This document shows, one piece after another, positions 32,939-42,958 of a stretch of 64,000 nucleotides of DNA. The translations under genes and the position numbers were made by a program. Positions within the stretch are counted from its first letter, which is position 1. Each line of letters opens with the position of its first letter. The stretch comes from Nitrospirales bacterium (lineage in GTDB: Bacteria; Nitrospirota; Nitrospiria; Nitrospirales; UBA8639), in contig CBDBCZ010000019.1 of the NCBI GenBank assembly GCA_965203295.1, forward strand, positions 1,376,001 to 1,440,000. The letters are read 5' to 3'. Under the pieces are notes generated by a model. The model saw only the letters and a list, made by a program, of their open reading frames with translations, had not been told where the DNA came from and did not search any database.

Positions 32939-33680
32939 AATTTAAAGTGCTTATCTCATGATATTTTATTATGAAATAGGCACCTGGCGGAATAGGTTTC
33001 CAATTAAAAGTCTTTCCTTCCTGTGTATTCTCAAAAATTCCCCTTCTAGCCCTGGATAAAATAATCTCCTTAGGTGTTCCATCTTGATGAGTGGTATATG
33101 CTGCTACCACCCCTCTATACATTAAGTTTTTGCCAGGAATCTCGGTTGGTATTTTAGTCACTGCATCCAACCAAACCAGTATTTTGTTTTGTGGAACTCC
33201 AGGTAGTTTTCCCCGCCCCATAAATTGGTAAAGAGCATCGCTTTTATAGCCAAATAACCACGGGAATTTTACATCTAATTCATGACTCCACACAAAAAAC
33301 CTCAATAGGTGCCCAGCAAACAATGCTAAAGCCAGAACACCAATATAGTAACCAGCAATATATCCTGTATTCTCATAGAGCGTATTGACAAAAGTAGGAA
33401 TACTTTCATCTGGGCCAAATTGTGTAGTTAGTAACCGAAAGACATGCTCGAACCTGAGGCTGTAATTAAAAATCCCTTTGTGTTGCAAAGGTTCAAAGAC
33501 AAGAAAAAGTATGCCTATGTGAATTGGCAATGAAAAAAAGATAGCCTTCACAATATCATCTGTCCAATTCCTGGGAAGTACTTGTCTGGTAAATAGACCA
33601 GAGTAATAACTGCTCAGGAAAATATATCCAGGAAAAGCCAAAAGGAGAATGATTAGTGTGGTAAAAGCGAAATTAGGCAT
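32892..33680 (-). CDS. Hypothetical membrane protein (possibly DUF6338-like)
   Basis: AT-rich ORF, about three N-terminal TM segments (LLLAFPGYIF...) and a soluble C-terminal domain. Confidence 0.6.
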   Translation of the reverse strand: MPNFAFTTLIILLLAFPGYIFLSSYYSGLFTRQVLPRNWTDDIVKAIFFSLPIHIGILFLVFEPLQHKGIFNYSLRFEHVFRLLTTQFGPDESIPTFVNTLYENTGYIAGYYIGVLALALFAGHLLRFFVWSHELDVKFPWLFGYKSDALYQFMGRGKLPGVPQNKILVWLDAVTKIPTEIPGKNLMYRGVVAAYTTHQDGTPKEIILSRARRGIFENTQEGKTFNWKPIPPGAYFIIKYHEISTLNFTYLHAEDLKQETPQ

Positions 33681-33893
33681 TTTATGGTCATCACTATTTT
33701 CGGCTATCATCCAATTGCATGACCCCAATGTCAACGGCACAATTTTTTATTGGGATTCTTATCGTGCTCCCCTCAGAGTGGAATCCATCCTTAAGCATGG
33801 TCCAATAGCGGACCAAGGAGGTGGACATGGCAGACAAGACTCCAGATTCTATCCAACGGTGTACTACAGTCCTCCTTTCTGTGGAGAAAGCTT

Positions 33894-34286
33894 ATGACCC
33901 ATAATCCTGAATTTTTAAAGCTAGTAGAGGCGGCAAGAGCAAAGATTCGGGAATGCTCTGTGCATGATGCCCAGCATCGTCTGAATCAAGGAGAGCAATT
34001 GTATTTTATTGATGTTCGAGAGGACCATGAAGTCGCCAATGGATTTGCCAAGGGAGCTATTCACCTTGGTCGTGGAATCCTCGAGCGGGACATTGAAACG
34101 ACTATTCCTGATAAAAATTCGGAGATTGTTCTGTATTGTGGGGGTGGCTATCGTTCAGCGCTTGCGGCTGCCAATCTTAAGGAAATGGGATATGTCCATG
34201 TTTGTTCTATGGAGTGAGGCATAAAGGCTTGGCGACAAGTTGGATTACCTTTAGAGGGAGAAACTGAGTCTCCCTCTAAAGGATAG
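33894..34286 (+). pseudogene. Rhodanese-domain sulfurtransferase, interrupted by an in-frame TGA
   Basis: IDVRE, LYCGGGYRSALAA; TGA at 34215-34217 in SME*GIKAWRQVGLP, the conserved GGxxAW motif. Confidence 0.8.
34248..34282. terminator. Perfect 14-bp hairpin, probable terminator/stability element between convergent genes
   Basis: CCTTTAGAGGGAGA-aactgag-TCTCCCTCTAAAGG; no clear U tract. Confidence 0.5.
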
Positions 34287-34394
34287 AATGTATCGAGAAC
34301 TACTCTTGAGAGTTTCTGGAAGTCTTTAAGGATCAAGATTGAGAAATAGCCTGTGCCGCGAATGTATCGGGTCTAGAATAGGGCAACTTCCTAA

Positions 34395-34970
34395 CTATTT
34401 ATAACGGCGATCGAATTCTTTAACGACTTCCTTGGTGATGTCCAGCCCTTTCTTGTTGTAAAGCACGATTCGAAGAGTGGCGTCACTCCCCTTGTCCAGG
34501 ACAAGGGCGAATCCATACTTTTTAGCCACTGCCTTAGTCGCCGTCTGGATTTTTTTCATATATTCCATCACCATCTCTTTTTGCTTTTGGCCAAGTTCTT
34601 GTTGAAATTCCTGTCCCTTCCGTTGATAGTCTTGAAGTTTTTTCCGAAACGCGGTTTTCTTAGATTGTTTTTCTGTCTCACTAAGAGTCGAGCCGTCTTT
34701 AAGCTCAACCTCTAAGGCTTTGATTTCGTCTTCGTCCCTTTGAAGGAGTTTTTGACGAACGCTTGCATGTTCTTTTAAGGTTGAAAGAACCCGCTTTCCT
34801 GCGCGTGACTTTTCAATAACTTCTTGAGGATCAACGATGCCGACTTTGAAAGAAGTCGCCGCCTCTGCTGTCGCGAAGAGGGGAAGACTGCTGAGTGCCG
34901 TCATGCTCAACATGACGAGAAGTTTGGTGATGACAGTTAGGCGTTTTAAAGGAAAAGTAGTGTATTCCAT
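34395..34970 (-). CDS. skp: OmpH/Skp periplasmic chaperone
   Basis: Signal peptide, KVGIVDPQEVIEKS, coiled coil, VAKKYGFALVLDK, DITKEVVK. Confidence 0.88.
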   Translation of the reverse strand: MEYTTFPLKRLTVITKLLVMLSMTALSSLPLFATAEAATSFKVGIVDPQEVIEKSRAGKRVLSTLKEHASVRQKLLQRDEDEIKALEVELKDGSTLSETEKQSKKTAFRKKLQDYQRKGQEFQQELGQKQKEMVMEYMKKIQTATKAVAKKYGFALVLDKGSDATLRIVLYNKKGLDITKEVVKEFDRRYK

Positions 34971-35282
34971 TACAATCTGTCTCCCTAAGAAATGTGAAAT
35001 ATCATCAAAATTTCAAAAAAGTTAATTCACGAAGTGACGCCCTATATTATCCTAGCTGATACGATGGGCATAAGTGAAGGAGGGTAATTACCATAGTTAT
35101 GCAGTGTCAAGAGCTATCGGTGAATTTGATTAGGTGAATGTCCTATGAGAGTTAGAATACAAGACGAACGCAAGAAGATACAATTTGGATCAGATGCCTC
35201 GTCTTGATTGCTAAACATTCGAATTACTCTTCCCAATAATGATACATACAAGAGGTTGTTTCCAAATTCGGAGTCATATGTG

Positions 35283-35936
35283 ATGACGATCAAGGATGCC
35301 CCGCGTATTATCTGTTTCGGCGACAGCTTGACGGTGGGTTATCAATCTGGGATATTCGGAGGACAACCACTTGATGACGCGCCGTATGGACGATTCCTGC
35401 AGCAATGGATGGGCTCTAAAGGATGTGTGGTCGTCAGTGGTATGTGTGGAGAACTGGCCACCGAAATGACGGATCGATTTCAACGAGATGTCCTTGATCA
35501 GCAACCGTTGTTGACGATCATTCTGGGTGGAACCAACGATTTGGGGTATGGCTTGGAGCCTGCAGCCATCGTAAATAGTTTATGTACGATGTACAGCCGA
35601 GCTCAAATGGCCGGAATCCATGTGGTCGGAGTAACGGTTCCATCTATTCGAATTGAAACTGCTCAGAGTTCCTTCTCAGACGACGAAAGTTGTGAAACAA
35701 CTCCGGCTTGGCTCAAAAAGTTGGTTGATCAGCGAAAGGTGTTAAACCATGAAATTCAGCGATCCTGCGCTTCACTTCACATACCATGTGTCGATTTGTT
35801 TGCGGAAACAGTTGAAGGGCCGGATCAACTGTTAGCGGAAAAATTTTCGAGCGATGGGTTGCACTTAAATACTCAGGGATATGAACATTTCGCGAGATTG
35901 GTCTGGAATCAGGTCCTTGCTTTCCAGTTTACGTAA
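35283..35936 (+). CDS. SGNH/GDSL hydrolase
   Basis: CFGDSLTVGY, GGTND, DGLHLN. Confidence 0.88.
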   Translation: MTIKDAPRIICFGDSLTVGYQSGIFGGQPLDDAPYGRFLQQWMGSKGCVVVSGMCGELATEMTDRFQRDVLDQQPLLTIILGGTNDLGYGLEPAAIVNSLCTMYSRAQMAGIHVVGVTVPSIRIETAQSSFSDDESCETTPAWLKKLVDQRKVLNHEIQRSCASLHIPCVDLFAETVEGPDQLLAEKFSSDGLHLNTQGYEHFARLVWNQVLAFQFT

Positions 35937-36084
35937 AAAAAGAGCGTGAAGCTTATCAGCCATAGATTAAGCAACTGTGCGCTAACGGGGAATTGTTTTG
36001 CCAGTTACTCGCCATGCTTATCAAATGTCTGTCCTTCGTTGAGTCGAAGCATTGAAGAAATGATTAGAAACAAACGGTCCTCTG

Positions 36085-36492
36085 CTAGGAATTTGAAGAG
36101 GTTGTTGAACTTGAGGGTTTTGACGAGCTTGGAGAAGAACTCGTGGTAGACGACGATGATGAAGACGACGAAGCCTCACTTTTAGAAGGTGTGGTGGAAC
36201 TCGTCACTCCTTCACTCGATGGTGCTGAAGCTTCAGTACTGGCCACCTCTTTCTTTTCTTTTTTTTTCTCCGTATCTGTTCCGTCGGCTAAACCTTTCTT
36301 GGGATCTTTGAGTTTGTCTGAGTAATCAGTCACATACCATCCTGTGCCTTTGAACACAATTCCTGGGACAGAAATCAGTTTTCGTACCAATTCTCCACAT
36401 TTGTCACATTCGGTGACGGGAGGATCGGAAAATTTCTGTTTGACCTCAAATTGGTTCCCACAAGAATCACAGGCATATTCGTATATTGGCAC
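36085..36492 (-). CDS. FmdB-family zinc-ribbon protein with Ser/Thr-rich tail
   Basis: PIYEYACDSCG, CDKCG, FKGTGWYVTDY. Confidence 0.9.
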   Translation of the reverse strand: MPIYEYACDSCGNQFEVKQKFSDPPVTECDKCGELVRKLISVPGIVFKGTGWYVTDYSDKLKDPKKGLADGTDTEKKKEKKEVASTEASAPSSEGVTSSTTPSKSEASSSSSSSSTTSSSPSSSKPSSSTTSSNS

Positions 36493-36575
36493 GGTCAACC
36501 TCCACGCTTGATGAAAAAAATTCCCTCTCTATTCATAACACGGAAAATGCAAATGTCAAGTTGAAAGAAACATTC

Positions 36576-37769
36576 TTAGGAAAGAGGGTGGAGAGCCGCT
36601 TCTAGACGATCCAGGCCCCGCTGAGTCGCCTCTAGGGTTGGAGTGTAGGAAAATCGCAAGTGGAAATCGCTCCCAAATGGTTCTCCAGGGACGCAAGCAA
36701 TTTGAGCTTCTTGTAAGAGATAGGAGGCAAGGTCGGAAGGTGTGGAGATGATTCCAGTGGGGTGTTGACGCCCCAATAAACCACTCACATTCGGAAAGGC
36801 ATAAAAGGCTCCAGCAGGTAACGGGCAGTGGACACCAGGGATGGTGTTCAATCGTTCCACGGTGATCTTTCGTTGAGGTCGAAGATCATCCAGGAGTTGC
36901 GAAAAAAAATCAGTTCCCCCTTGCAAAGCTACCAGCGCTGCTTTTTGTGAAATGGATGTGGGGTTTGAGGTGCTTTGGCTCTGAATATTGGTCATGGCGC
37001 TGATGAGTTCTTGCGATCCAGCGGCATAGCCGATTCGCCACCCTGTCATGGCAAACGCTTTTGAAACGCCATTAACGATCACCGTGTGCTGAGAGACTTC
37101 AGGAGAGAAGGAGGCAATACTGACGTGTTCATGATCGTCGTAAAGGAGTTTTTCATAGATCTCATCAGAGATAATCGTTAGCCCATGGCGGAGAGCCACC
37201 TCGGCAATTCCCTCAAGGTTGTTCCGAGAATAAATAGCGCCAGTGGGATTGCATGGACTGTTGAGAATGATGGCTTTCGTCCGAGTAGTAATACAGGCTT
37301 CTAAGAGCTGTAGATCAATCGCATAGTTGGTGGAATCTTCGGTTTTCAGGAAAACTGGGGAAGCGTCGGCTAGGCGAACTTGATCAGGGTAGGAGACCCA
37401 GTAAGGGGAGGGGATGATGACCTCATCTCCAGATTCAAATAATGCTTGGGCAATATTGTAGAGGGTATGTTTGGCTCCGCATGAAATGAGGATTTGAGAC
37501 CTTTCGTATTGAACGCCCTGATCCCTTTTCAATTTTTCAATAACTGCTTCCTTTAGTTCATCGATACCGGACACGGCGGTATATTTGGTGAATCCCTCTC
37601 TGATGGCTTCCTCGGCCGCATTGTTCACAAACTCGGGGTTTCCACAGGCGGGTTCTCCCGCAGAGAAATCAATGACATCGACTCCTTGGCTTATCATCGC
37701 TTTTGCCTTCGCTGAAATTTTAAGCGTAGGAGAAGGCAGGATTTTAGAAGTCCGAGCGGCTAGTTTCAT
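36576..37769 (-). CDS. aspC: Aspartate aminotransferase-like class I PLP enzyme
   Basis: NSPCNPTG, SDEIYEK, GVSKAFAMTGWRIGY. Confidence 0.92.
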   Translation of the reverse strand: MKLAARTSKILPSPTLKISAKAKAMISQGVDVIDFSAGEPACGNPEFVNNAAEEAIREGFTKYTAVSGIDELKEAVIEKLKRDQGVQYERSQILISCGAKHTLYNIAQALFESGDEVIIPSPYWVSYPDQVRLADASPVFLKTEDSTNYAIDLQLLEACITTRTKAIILNSPCNPTGAIYSRNNLEGIAEVALRHGLTIISDEIYEKLLYDDHEHVSIASFSPEVSQHTVIVNGVSKAFAMTGWRIGYAAGSQELISAMTNIQSQSTSNPTSISQKAALVALQGGTDFFSQLLDDLRPQRKITVERLNTIPGVHCPLPAGAFYAFPNVSGLLGRQHPTGIISTPSDLASYLLQEAQIACVPGEPFGSDFHLRFSYTPTLEATQRGLDRLEAALHPLS

Positions 37770-38254
37770 GATGGCGCTTGAGCAAATCGAGTTCGCAGAC
37801 GTTTAGCGACGTCCGCATGGACAAATTGCTCTAGCGGACCTCCCAATGAAGCGAGTTCTTTGATGATACTAGAGGTAAGGTAGGAATATTCTTCACTTGG
37901 CACGAGAAAGACCGTTTCAAGGTCTTCCGCCAATTTTCGGTTAAGCAGGGCCATCTGGAATTCATGCTCATAATCGGAGACCGCACGGATGCCTCGAATG
38001 ATCGCATGTGCTCCTCTTTGGCGTACGTAGTCCACCAGGAGGCCATCAAACGTGTCCACTTCCACTCTTGCGATATTTTTCGTGGCAATCTTCGCCAACT
38101 CTAAACGTTCTTTGATATCGAGCATAGGGTGTTTTCGTGGATTCGGTGCGACGGCGACGATAAGGTGATCAAAAATCCGAAGACTGCGCTGAATAATATC
38201 GGTGTGCCCGTGCGTGATGGGATCAAACGTACCTGAGTAGATAGCTAGGCACAT
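37766..38254 (-). CDS. coaD: Pantetheine-phosphate adenylyltransferase
   Basis: YSGTFDPITHGHTDII, IIRGIRAVSDYEHE, SSIIKE. Confidence 0.96.
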   Translation of the reverse strand: MCLAIYSGTFDPITHGHTDIIQRSLRIFDHLIVAVAPNPRKHPMLDIKERLELAKIATKNIARVEVDTFDGLLVDYVRQRGAHAIIRGIRAVSDYEHEFQMALLNRKLAEDLETVFLVPSEEYSYLTSSIIKELASLGGPLEQFVHADVAKRLRTRFAQAPS

Positions 38255-38829
38255 GAGGCAAATCTACCTGATTCGGAAGTCTTGAAGACTGTGAGAATCG
38301 TATCACCATACCGATATTGCCGCATTTGGGTGAGTTGGCCTACCTGTGCTGGGATCGGGATGTGTTTGCTATGTTCGAGAATGACCAAAGTTTTGGCCGA
38401 TATCTTTGTGCTGTCTCCTAATAAGGCTAGGAGCTGTTCGGCTATGGATTCCTCGTAAGGAGGATCGGCGAAGACAATATCAAACGGAGGAAGCGTCTGT
38501 CCTCCCATTGACTCTTGAAGGTACGCATCCGCCGAATAGGGAATGATAGACGCGTGTGGAGTCAGCCCGCAATGGGTAAGATTTTCCTCGATCAGGGCCC
38601 TGGATGCAGAATGTGATTCTACAAAGACAACCAGTTGTGCCCCTCGGCTCAATGCCTCGATTCCGACAGCGCCTGTTCCGGCATACAGATCTAAAAAGCG
38701 AGCTTCCCTCAGGCGCTCTCCAATGATCGAAAACAGGGCTTCGCGGACCCGCTCAGAAGTAGGATGAAGGTGTACTCCACGTGGTTCTTTGAGTCGCCGC
38801 CCTTTGTATTCTCCCGCTATGATTCGCAC
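38245..38829 (-). CDS. rsmD: 16S rRNA m2G966 methyltransferase
   Basis: RIIAGEYKGRRL, LDLYAGTGAVGIEALSRGA, FADPPY; GTG start after AGGAGG. Confidence 0.93.
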   Translation of the reverse strand: MRIIAGEYKGRRLKEPRGVHLHPTSERVREALFSIIGERLREARFLDLYAGTGAVGIEALSRGAQLVVFVESHSASRALIEENLTHCGLTPHASIIPYSADAYLQESMGGQTLPPFDIVFADPPYEESIAEQLLALLGDSTKISAKTLVILEHSKHIPIPAQVGQLTQMRQYRYGDTILTVFKTSESGRFASCA

Positions 38830-38908
38830 AACCCCCTCCTTCTTGTCACAAACGAACTTATCACACTGGGAAAAATCTGAGCAAGGCAAGTCACTTAGCA
38901 GTGTAATT

Positions 38909-38937
38909 TTGACACATTTTTAGGCCTCCGCTATAGT
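38909..38937 (+). promoter_or_regulatory. sigma70 promoter upstream of radC
   Basis: TTGACA-17 nt-TATAGT. Confidence 0.65.
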
Positions 38938-39027
38938 GCATTCCACCTACAATAAACCTAGTAATGATTACAGATTAGTTTTGAGGCTCTCGGTGATCTC
39001 ATTCATCAAGTCGGGCCGGGTCATGGA

Positions 39028-39752
39028 GTGATGGGTAAACGAGCAACAAAGGGCATTGCCCGCTGGCCTGAAGCAGAACGACCCCGTGAACGACTCCTTC
39101 GTGAAGGTCCTCGGAGTCTTTCGGATGCGCAATTGCTTGCCATATTGCTACATGTGGGACGCCAAGATTCCTCTGCTGTGGAAGTGGCCATGGATCTCCT
39201 TCAAAAGCTTGAAGGGCTTCAAAGCTTATCGAATCGAAGCCTGGAAGAGCTCTGTGGGATATCAGGGATTGGCCCGGCGAAAGCAGCTCAAATCCTAGCT
39301 GGTATTGAATTGGGCAAACGAGTTCTTTCGGCACCCTTGACCACTGGCACTCGTATTCGGGGAAGTCGAGACCTTTTTGAACATTACTTTCCCTTGCTCT
39401 GCGATTTGCGTCATGAAGTATTTTGGGCTGTCTTGCTGGACGCCAAACATTGCATTATTCGGGACTTCACGGTATCAGAAGGAAGCTTGACAACTAATAT
39501 TGTACATCCTCGAGAAGTCTTTAATTTAGCTGTTCGGGAATCGGCCGCAGCGATTATTTTTTGCACAATCACCCGAGTGGAGATCCCCAACCAAGCGAGG
39601 AAGATCATGCCCTCACGTCTCGTCTCGTGAGCGCAGGAGAAATTCTTGGGATCCGCGTCGTGGACCATCTGGTTATTGGTGATCAATCCTATGTGAGTTT
39701 TGCTGACAAGGGATGGATGGACGCAACCAAATCCCTAGATTCCTCTGCGTAG
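39028..39752 (+). pseudogene. radC: RadC/UPF0758 JAB-domain protein, frameshifted
   Basis: ERPRERL, HhH GIGPAKA, VHPREVF; one base missing at T6 run 39557-39562 just before HNHPSGDPQPSEED. Confidence 0.85.
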
Positions 39753-39983
39753 GCGAAAATTTACTCTGAGTTCATGCTTTGACCCTTTTGGGATATCAGC
39801 TGGGGCCTGGTTGATTCATCCGCAGTTTCACGCAGTGTTCTCTTGGTTAGTAGCTTTTCTTTAAGACTTCGTGATACAAATATGCGTGATCTTGTTTAAG
39901 TTTTTTATTCGTAAATGGCTGTGTTTGCAGGGATTTCCTCTGACCCGTGGCGAGCAAAGCCCTTAAACTAAAGAAGAGAGTCA

Positions 39984-40277
39984 ATGAAGATCAGCAAAAA
40001 AGAAGTCGAACATGTGGGGAATCTATCGAGATTGCACTTGAGTGAGGCTGAAACGGACGCTTTTACTCATCAACTCAGTACGATATTATCGTACATGGAA
40101 ACTCTGAAAAAAGTGGAAACCCGAGGAATCGGGCCGACCTCAACAGTGGTTGCGCAAACCAATGTTTTTCGGGAAGATACTCCTGAACTGTCTTTACCCC
40201 AAGAAAGGGCAATTGCCAATGCGCCTGAAGCTGTGGACGGTTACTTTCAGGTCCCCAAAATCATGACCGATCGGTAA
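39984..40277 (+). CDS. gatC: Asp/Glu-tRNA amidotransferase subunit C
   Basis: EVEHVGNLSRL, NVFRED, NAPEAVDGYFQVPKI. Confidence 0.95.
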   Translation: MKISKKEVEHVGNLSRLHLSEAETDAFTHQLSTILSYMETLKKVETRGIGPTSTVVAQTNVFREDTPELSLPQERAIANAPEAVDGYFQVPKIMTDR

Positions 40278-40293
40278 CGGAGGGGGTACCGAA

Positions 40294-40650
40294 ATGTTTC
40301 GCCAATTGCTGAGAGCTAAAATTCATCGAGCCACAGTGACAGAGTCCTGCCTTGAATATGAAGGGAGCCTCACGGTCGATGAAGATCTTTTGGATGCCGC
40401 AGGGATTATTCCTTATGAACTTATTATGGTGTCGAATCTCAACAATGGGGAACGGTTTACCACCTATGCCATGGCAGGAAAACGCGGCCAAGGGGAGGTC
40501 ATTTTAAACGGCCCCACTGCTCGCAAGGGCGTGGTTGGAGATGAAATTATTATTTTTTGTTATGAATATTATGCGAAAGAAGAAGCCAAACATCATCGCC
40601 CCAAAGTCATTCAAGTGAACGATCACAACCAGATTGTAGATGTTACCTGA
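40294..40650 (+). CDS. panD: Aspartate 1-decarboxylase
   Basis: LRAKIHRATVT, YEG/SLTVD autocleavage site, NGERFTTY. Confidence 0.95.
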   Translation: MFRQLLRAKIHRATVTESCLEYEGSLTVDEDLLDAAGIIPYELIMVSNLNNGERFTTYAMAGKRGQGEVILNGPTARKGVVGDEIIIFCYEYYAKEEAKHHRPKVIQVNDHNQIVDVT

Positions 40651-40738
40651 AGATTTCATCCAGGAATGGTTCCACGACTTCTGACTATTGCCCTCTCAAC
40701 GGTATTGACTGAAGGTTGGAGGGTGTTCCGTATATCAC

Positions 40739-42208
40739 ATGTCGCTTTTTAAACTCACACTCAAAGAACTCCAATATCGCTTTACCCAAGGAGAGGTACG
40801 GGCCATTGAAATCATGCGTTCCTATTTTCTGCGGATCAGTCAAGTGGAACCCAAGGTCAAGGCGTATATCACGCTTTCGGATAGGGAGACCTTATTTGCG
40901 AAGGCAGAAGCGTTGGATCAAGAATTAAAAGGATGGCGAAAAACCATGCCACTGATGGCTATGCCTCTTGCCATCAAAGATAATATTTGCACTGATGGAG
41001 TCCCAACAACCTGTGGTTCAAGAATGCTTGGAACATTCAATCCGCCTTATGACGCCACCGTGATGCAAGCGTTGCATCGGAATCGGTTTTTTTTGCTAGG
41101 CAAAACCAATTTGGATGAGTATGGCATGGGGTCCTCGACAGAACACTCTGCCTTTGGATCGAGTCGGAATCCTTGGAATCTGAGTTATGTTCCCGGTGGG
41201 TCGAGTGGAGGATCGGCGGCGGCTGTGGCAGCTGATGAATGTGTTGCGGCGTTGGGTTCAGATACTGGTGGTTCAATTCGGCAACCCGCTTCCTGTTGTG
41301 GTGTGGTTGGGTTAAAACCGACGTATGGGCGGGTATCTCGGTATGGGTTGGTGGCATTTGCGTCATCTCTTGACCAAATTGGTCCGATCACAAAAGATGT
41401 CACCGATTGCGCTATTCTACTCAATGTGCTGGCAGGGCATGATCCCCTTGATTCGACTTCCGCTGATGTTCCGGTACCCGACTATACCCGGATCTTGAAA
41501 AAAAAGGATGTCAAAAGACTGAAATTAGGGGTTCCTCAGGAATTCTTTGCCGAGGGATTGGATCCAGAAGTCGAACAGGCCGTTCGAGAAGCTATTGAGG
41601 TGTTAAGGGAGTTAGGGGGGGATATTCGAGAAGTGTCTTTACCCCGGACCGATCTGGCCATTGCAACGTATTACGTCATTGCGACCGCAGAGGCCAGTTC
41701 CAATTTAGCTCGATATGATGGGGTAAAGTACGGACTGCGATCTAAACAGAAAAAAGATCTCGCTGAAATGTATGTCATGACGAGGCAGGAAGGATTTGGG
41801 GTTGAGGTCAAACGTCGCATCATGTTAGGAACCTATGTGCTGAGCAGCGGATATTATGATGCCTACTATGGGAAGGCTCAGAGTGTTCGGACGTTGATCC
41901 GGCAAGACTTTGATGAAGTGTTTCAAGATGTTGATTTATTGGTGACTCCGGTGATGCCAACTCCAGCATTTCCGCTTGGAGAAAAAATAGAAGATCCCCT
42001 TCAAATGTACCTTTCGGATATCTATACCATTTCAGCAAGCTTAGCTAGAGTACCAGCTATTTCTATTCCTTGTGGATTTAGTGCAAAGGGCCTTCCCATT
42101 GGGTTGCAAATCCTAGGAAGACCGTTTGAAGAAGAGACCGTTCTTCGTGCCGCTCGTGCCTATGAGTTAGCGACGGGATGGCGAAAGAAACGGCCGGGAA
42201 TTCGATAA
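40739..42208 (+). CDS. gatA: Asp/Glu-tRNA amidotransferase subunit A
   Basis: Amidase signature [34 protein letters not shown]. Confidence 0.97.
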   Translation: MSLFKLTLKELQYRFTQGEVRAIEIMRSYFLRISQVEPKVKAYITLSDRETLFAKAEALDQELKGWRKTMPLMAMPLAIKDNICTDGVPTTCGSRMLGTFNPPYDATVMQALHRNRFFLLGKTNLDEYGMGSSTEHSAFGSSRNPWNLSYVPGGSSGGSAAAVAADECVAALGSDTGGSIRQPASCCGVVGLKPTYGRVSRYGLVAFASSLDQIGPITKDVTDCAILLNVLAGHDPLDSTSADVPVPDYTRILKKKDVKRLKLGVPQEFFAEGLDPEVEQAVREAIEVLRELGGDIREVSLPRTDLAIATYYVIATAEASSNLARYDGVKYGLRSKQKKDLAEMYVMTRQEGFGVEVKRRIMLGTYVLSSGYYDAYYGKAQSVRTLIRQDFDEVFQDVDLLVTPVMPTPAFPLGEKIEDPLQMYLSDIYTISASLARVPAISIPCGFSAKGLPIGLQILGRPFEEETVLRAARAYELATGWRKKRPGIR

Positions 42209-42229
42209 GCAATGGGAGGCTCGTGGTCC

Positions 42230-42610
42230 ATGATTGAATTGGCGGCAGTCATTGCAGCAGTGGCATTCTTAGTGCTGGTGGGGTATCTGATCCCAACCAT
42301 TCTTCAATTGAAACGCACAGTGGGACAATCAGAACGGTTGTTAGCCAAATTGAACCATGAATTGCCGTTTCTGTTGAAAGAGGTGAAGGGCAGCACGGAA
42401 AATGTGCATGCCATGACCTCTCAAGCGCGCCAAGGGGTCGAACAGGCATCAGTCTTATTCAATGCAGTCGGAGAAGTCGTAAAAACAGTCAATCAAGTTC
42501 ATGGAACGATTCGTGGAAGAGGAGCTGCCTTTGTGATAGGGCTAACCAAAGTTTTGGCTGGCGTCAGGGCCGCCTCGTCAACTGTCAAACAACGCGTGCA
42601 TAAAGATTAA
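42230..42610 (+). CDS. DUF948/YoxC-like membrane-anchored coiled-coil protein
   Basis: N-terminal TM helix, then coiled coil; adjacent to a YtxH-like gene. Confidence 0.75.
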   Translation: MIELAAVIAAVAFLVLVGYLIPTILQLKRTVGQSERLLAKLNHELPFLLKEVKGSTENVHAMTSQARQGVEQASVLFNAVGEVVKTVNQVHGTIRGRGAAFVIGLTKVLAGVRAASSTVKQRVHKD

Positions 42611-42631
42611 AGAAAAAAGGAGGAAGCGGAC

Positions 42632-42952
42632 ATGGCAGATCAACAAGGAGGAGCTTCGGCGGGTAGTGTGGCTTTAGCCTTTTTGAGTGGGATTTTGCTT
42701 GGAGCAACGACAGCTTTTTTATTGGCCCCTCAAACGGGTCGGGAATCTCGTGAACGATTGCTCGATATGGCACGTCGCACAGGCGAAGACTTTCGCGATT
42801 GGAGCGGCAAAGCATTCGGGACATGGGAGGATGTGTTGACCAAAGGTCGTGAGTTTGTGGGGGAAGCCAGTTCGATCGTTTGTGATGCTGTTGATGCTGG
42901 TCGAGAGGCTATGCAACGTGAAAGCAATGAAGGGAAAGAGGGTTCTTTGTAA
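42632..42952 (+). CDS. YtxH-domain protein
   Basis: FLSGILLGATTAFLLAPQTGRESR; AGGAGG RBS. Confidence 0.85.
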   Translation: MADQQGGASAGSVALAFLSGILLGATTAFLLAPQTGRESRERLLDMARRTGEDFRDWSGKAFGTWEDVLTKGREFVGEASSIVCDAVDAGREAMQRESNEGKEGSL

Positions 42953-42958
42953 TTCGTT

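Noticed and set aside
34215..34217. Selenocysteine at the rhodanese UGA
   Set aside because: The position is the Gly of GGxxAW, the catalytic Cys is already present upstream, and the hairpin is too far away for a bacterial SECIS
36090..36240. Low-complexity repeat-like DNA
   Set aside because: Encodes the Ser/Thr-rich tail common in FmdB-family proteins
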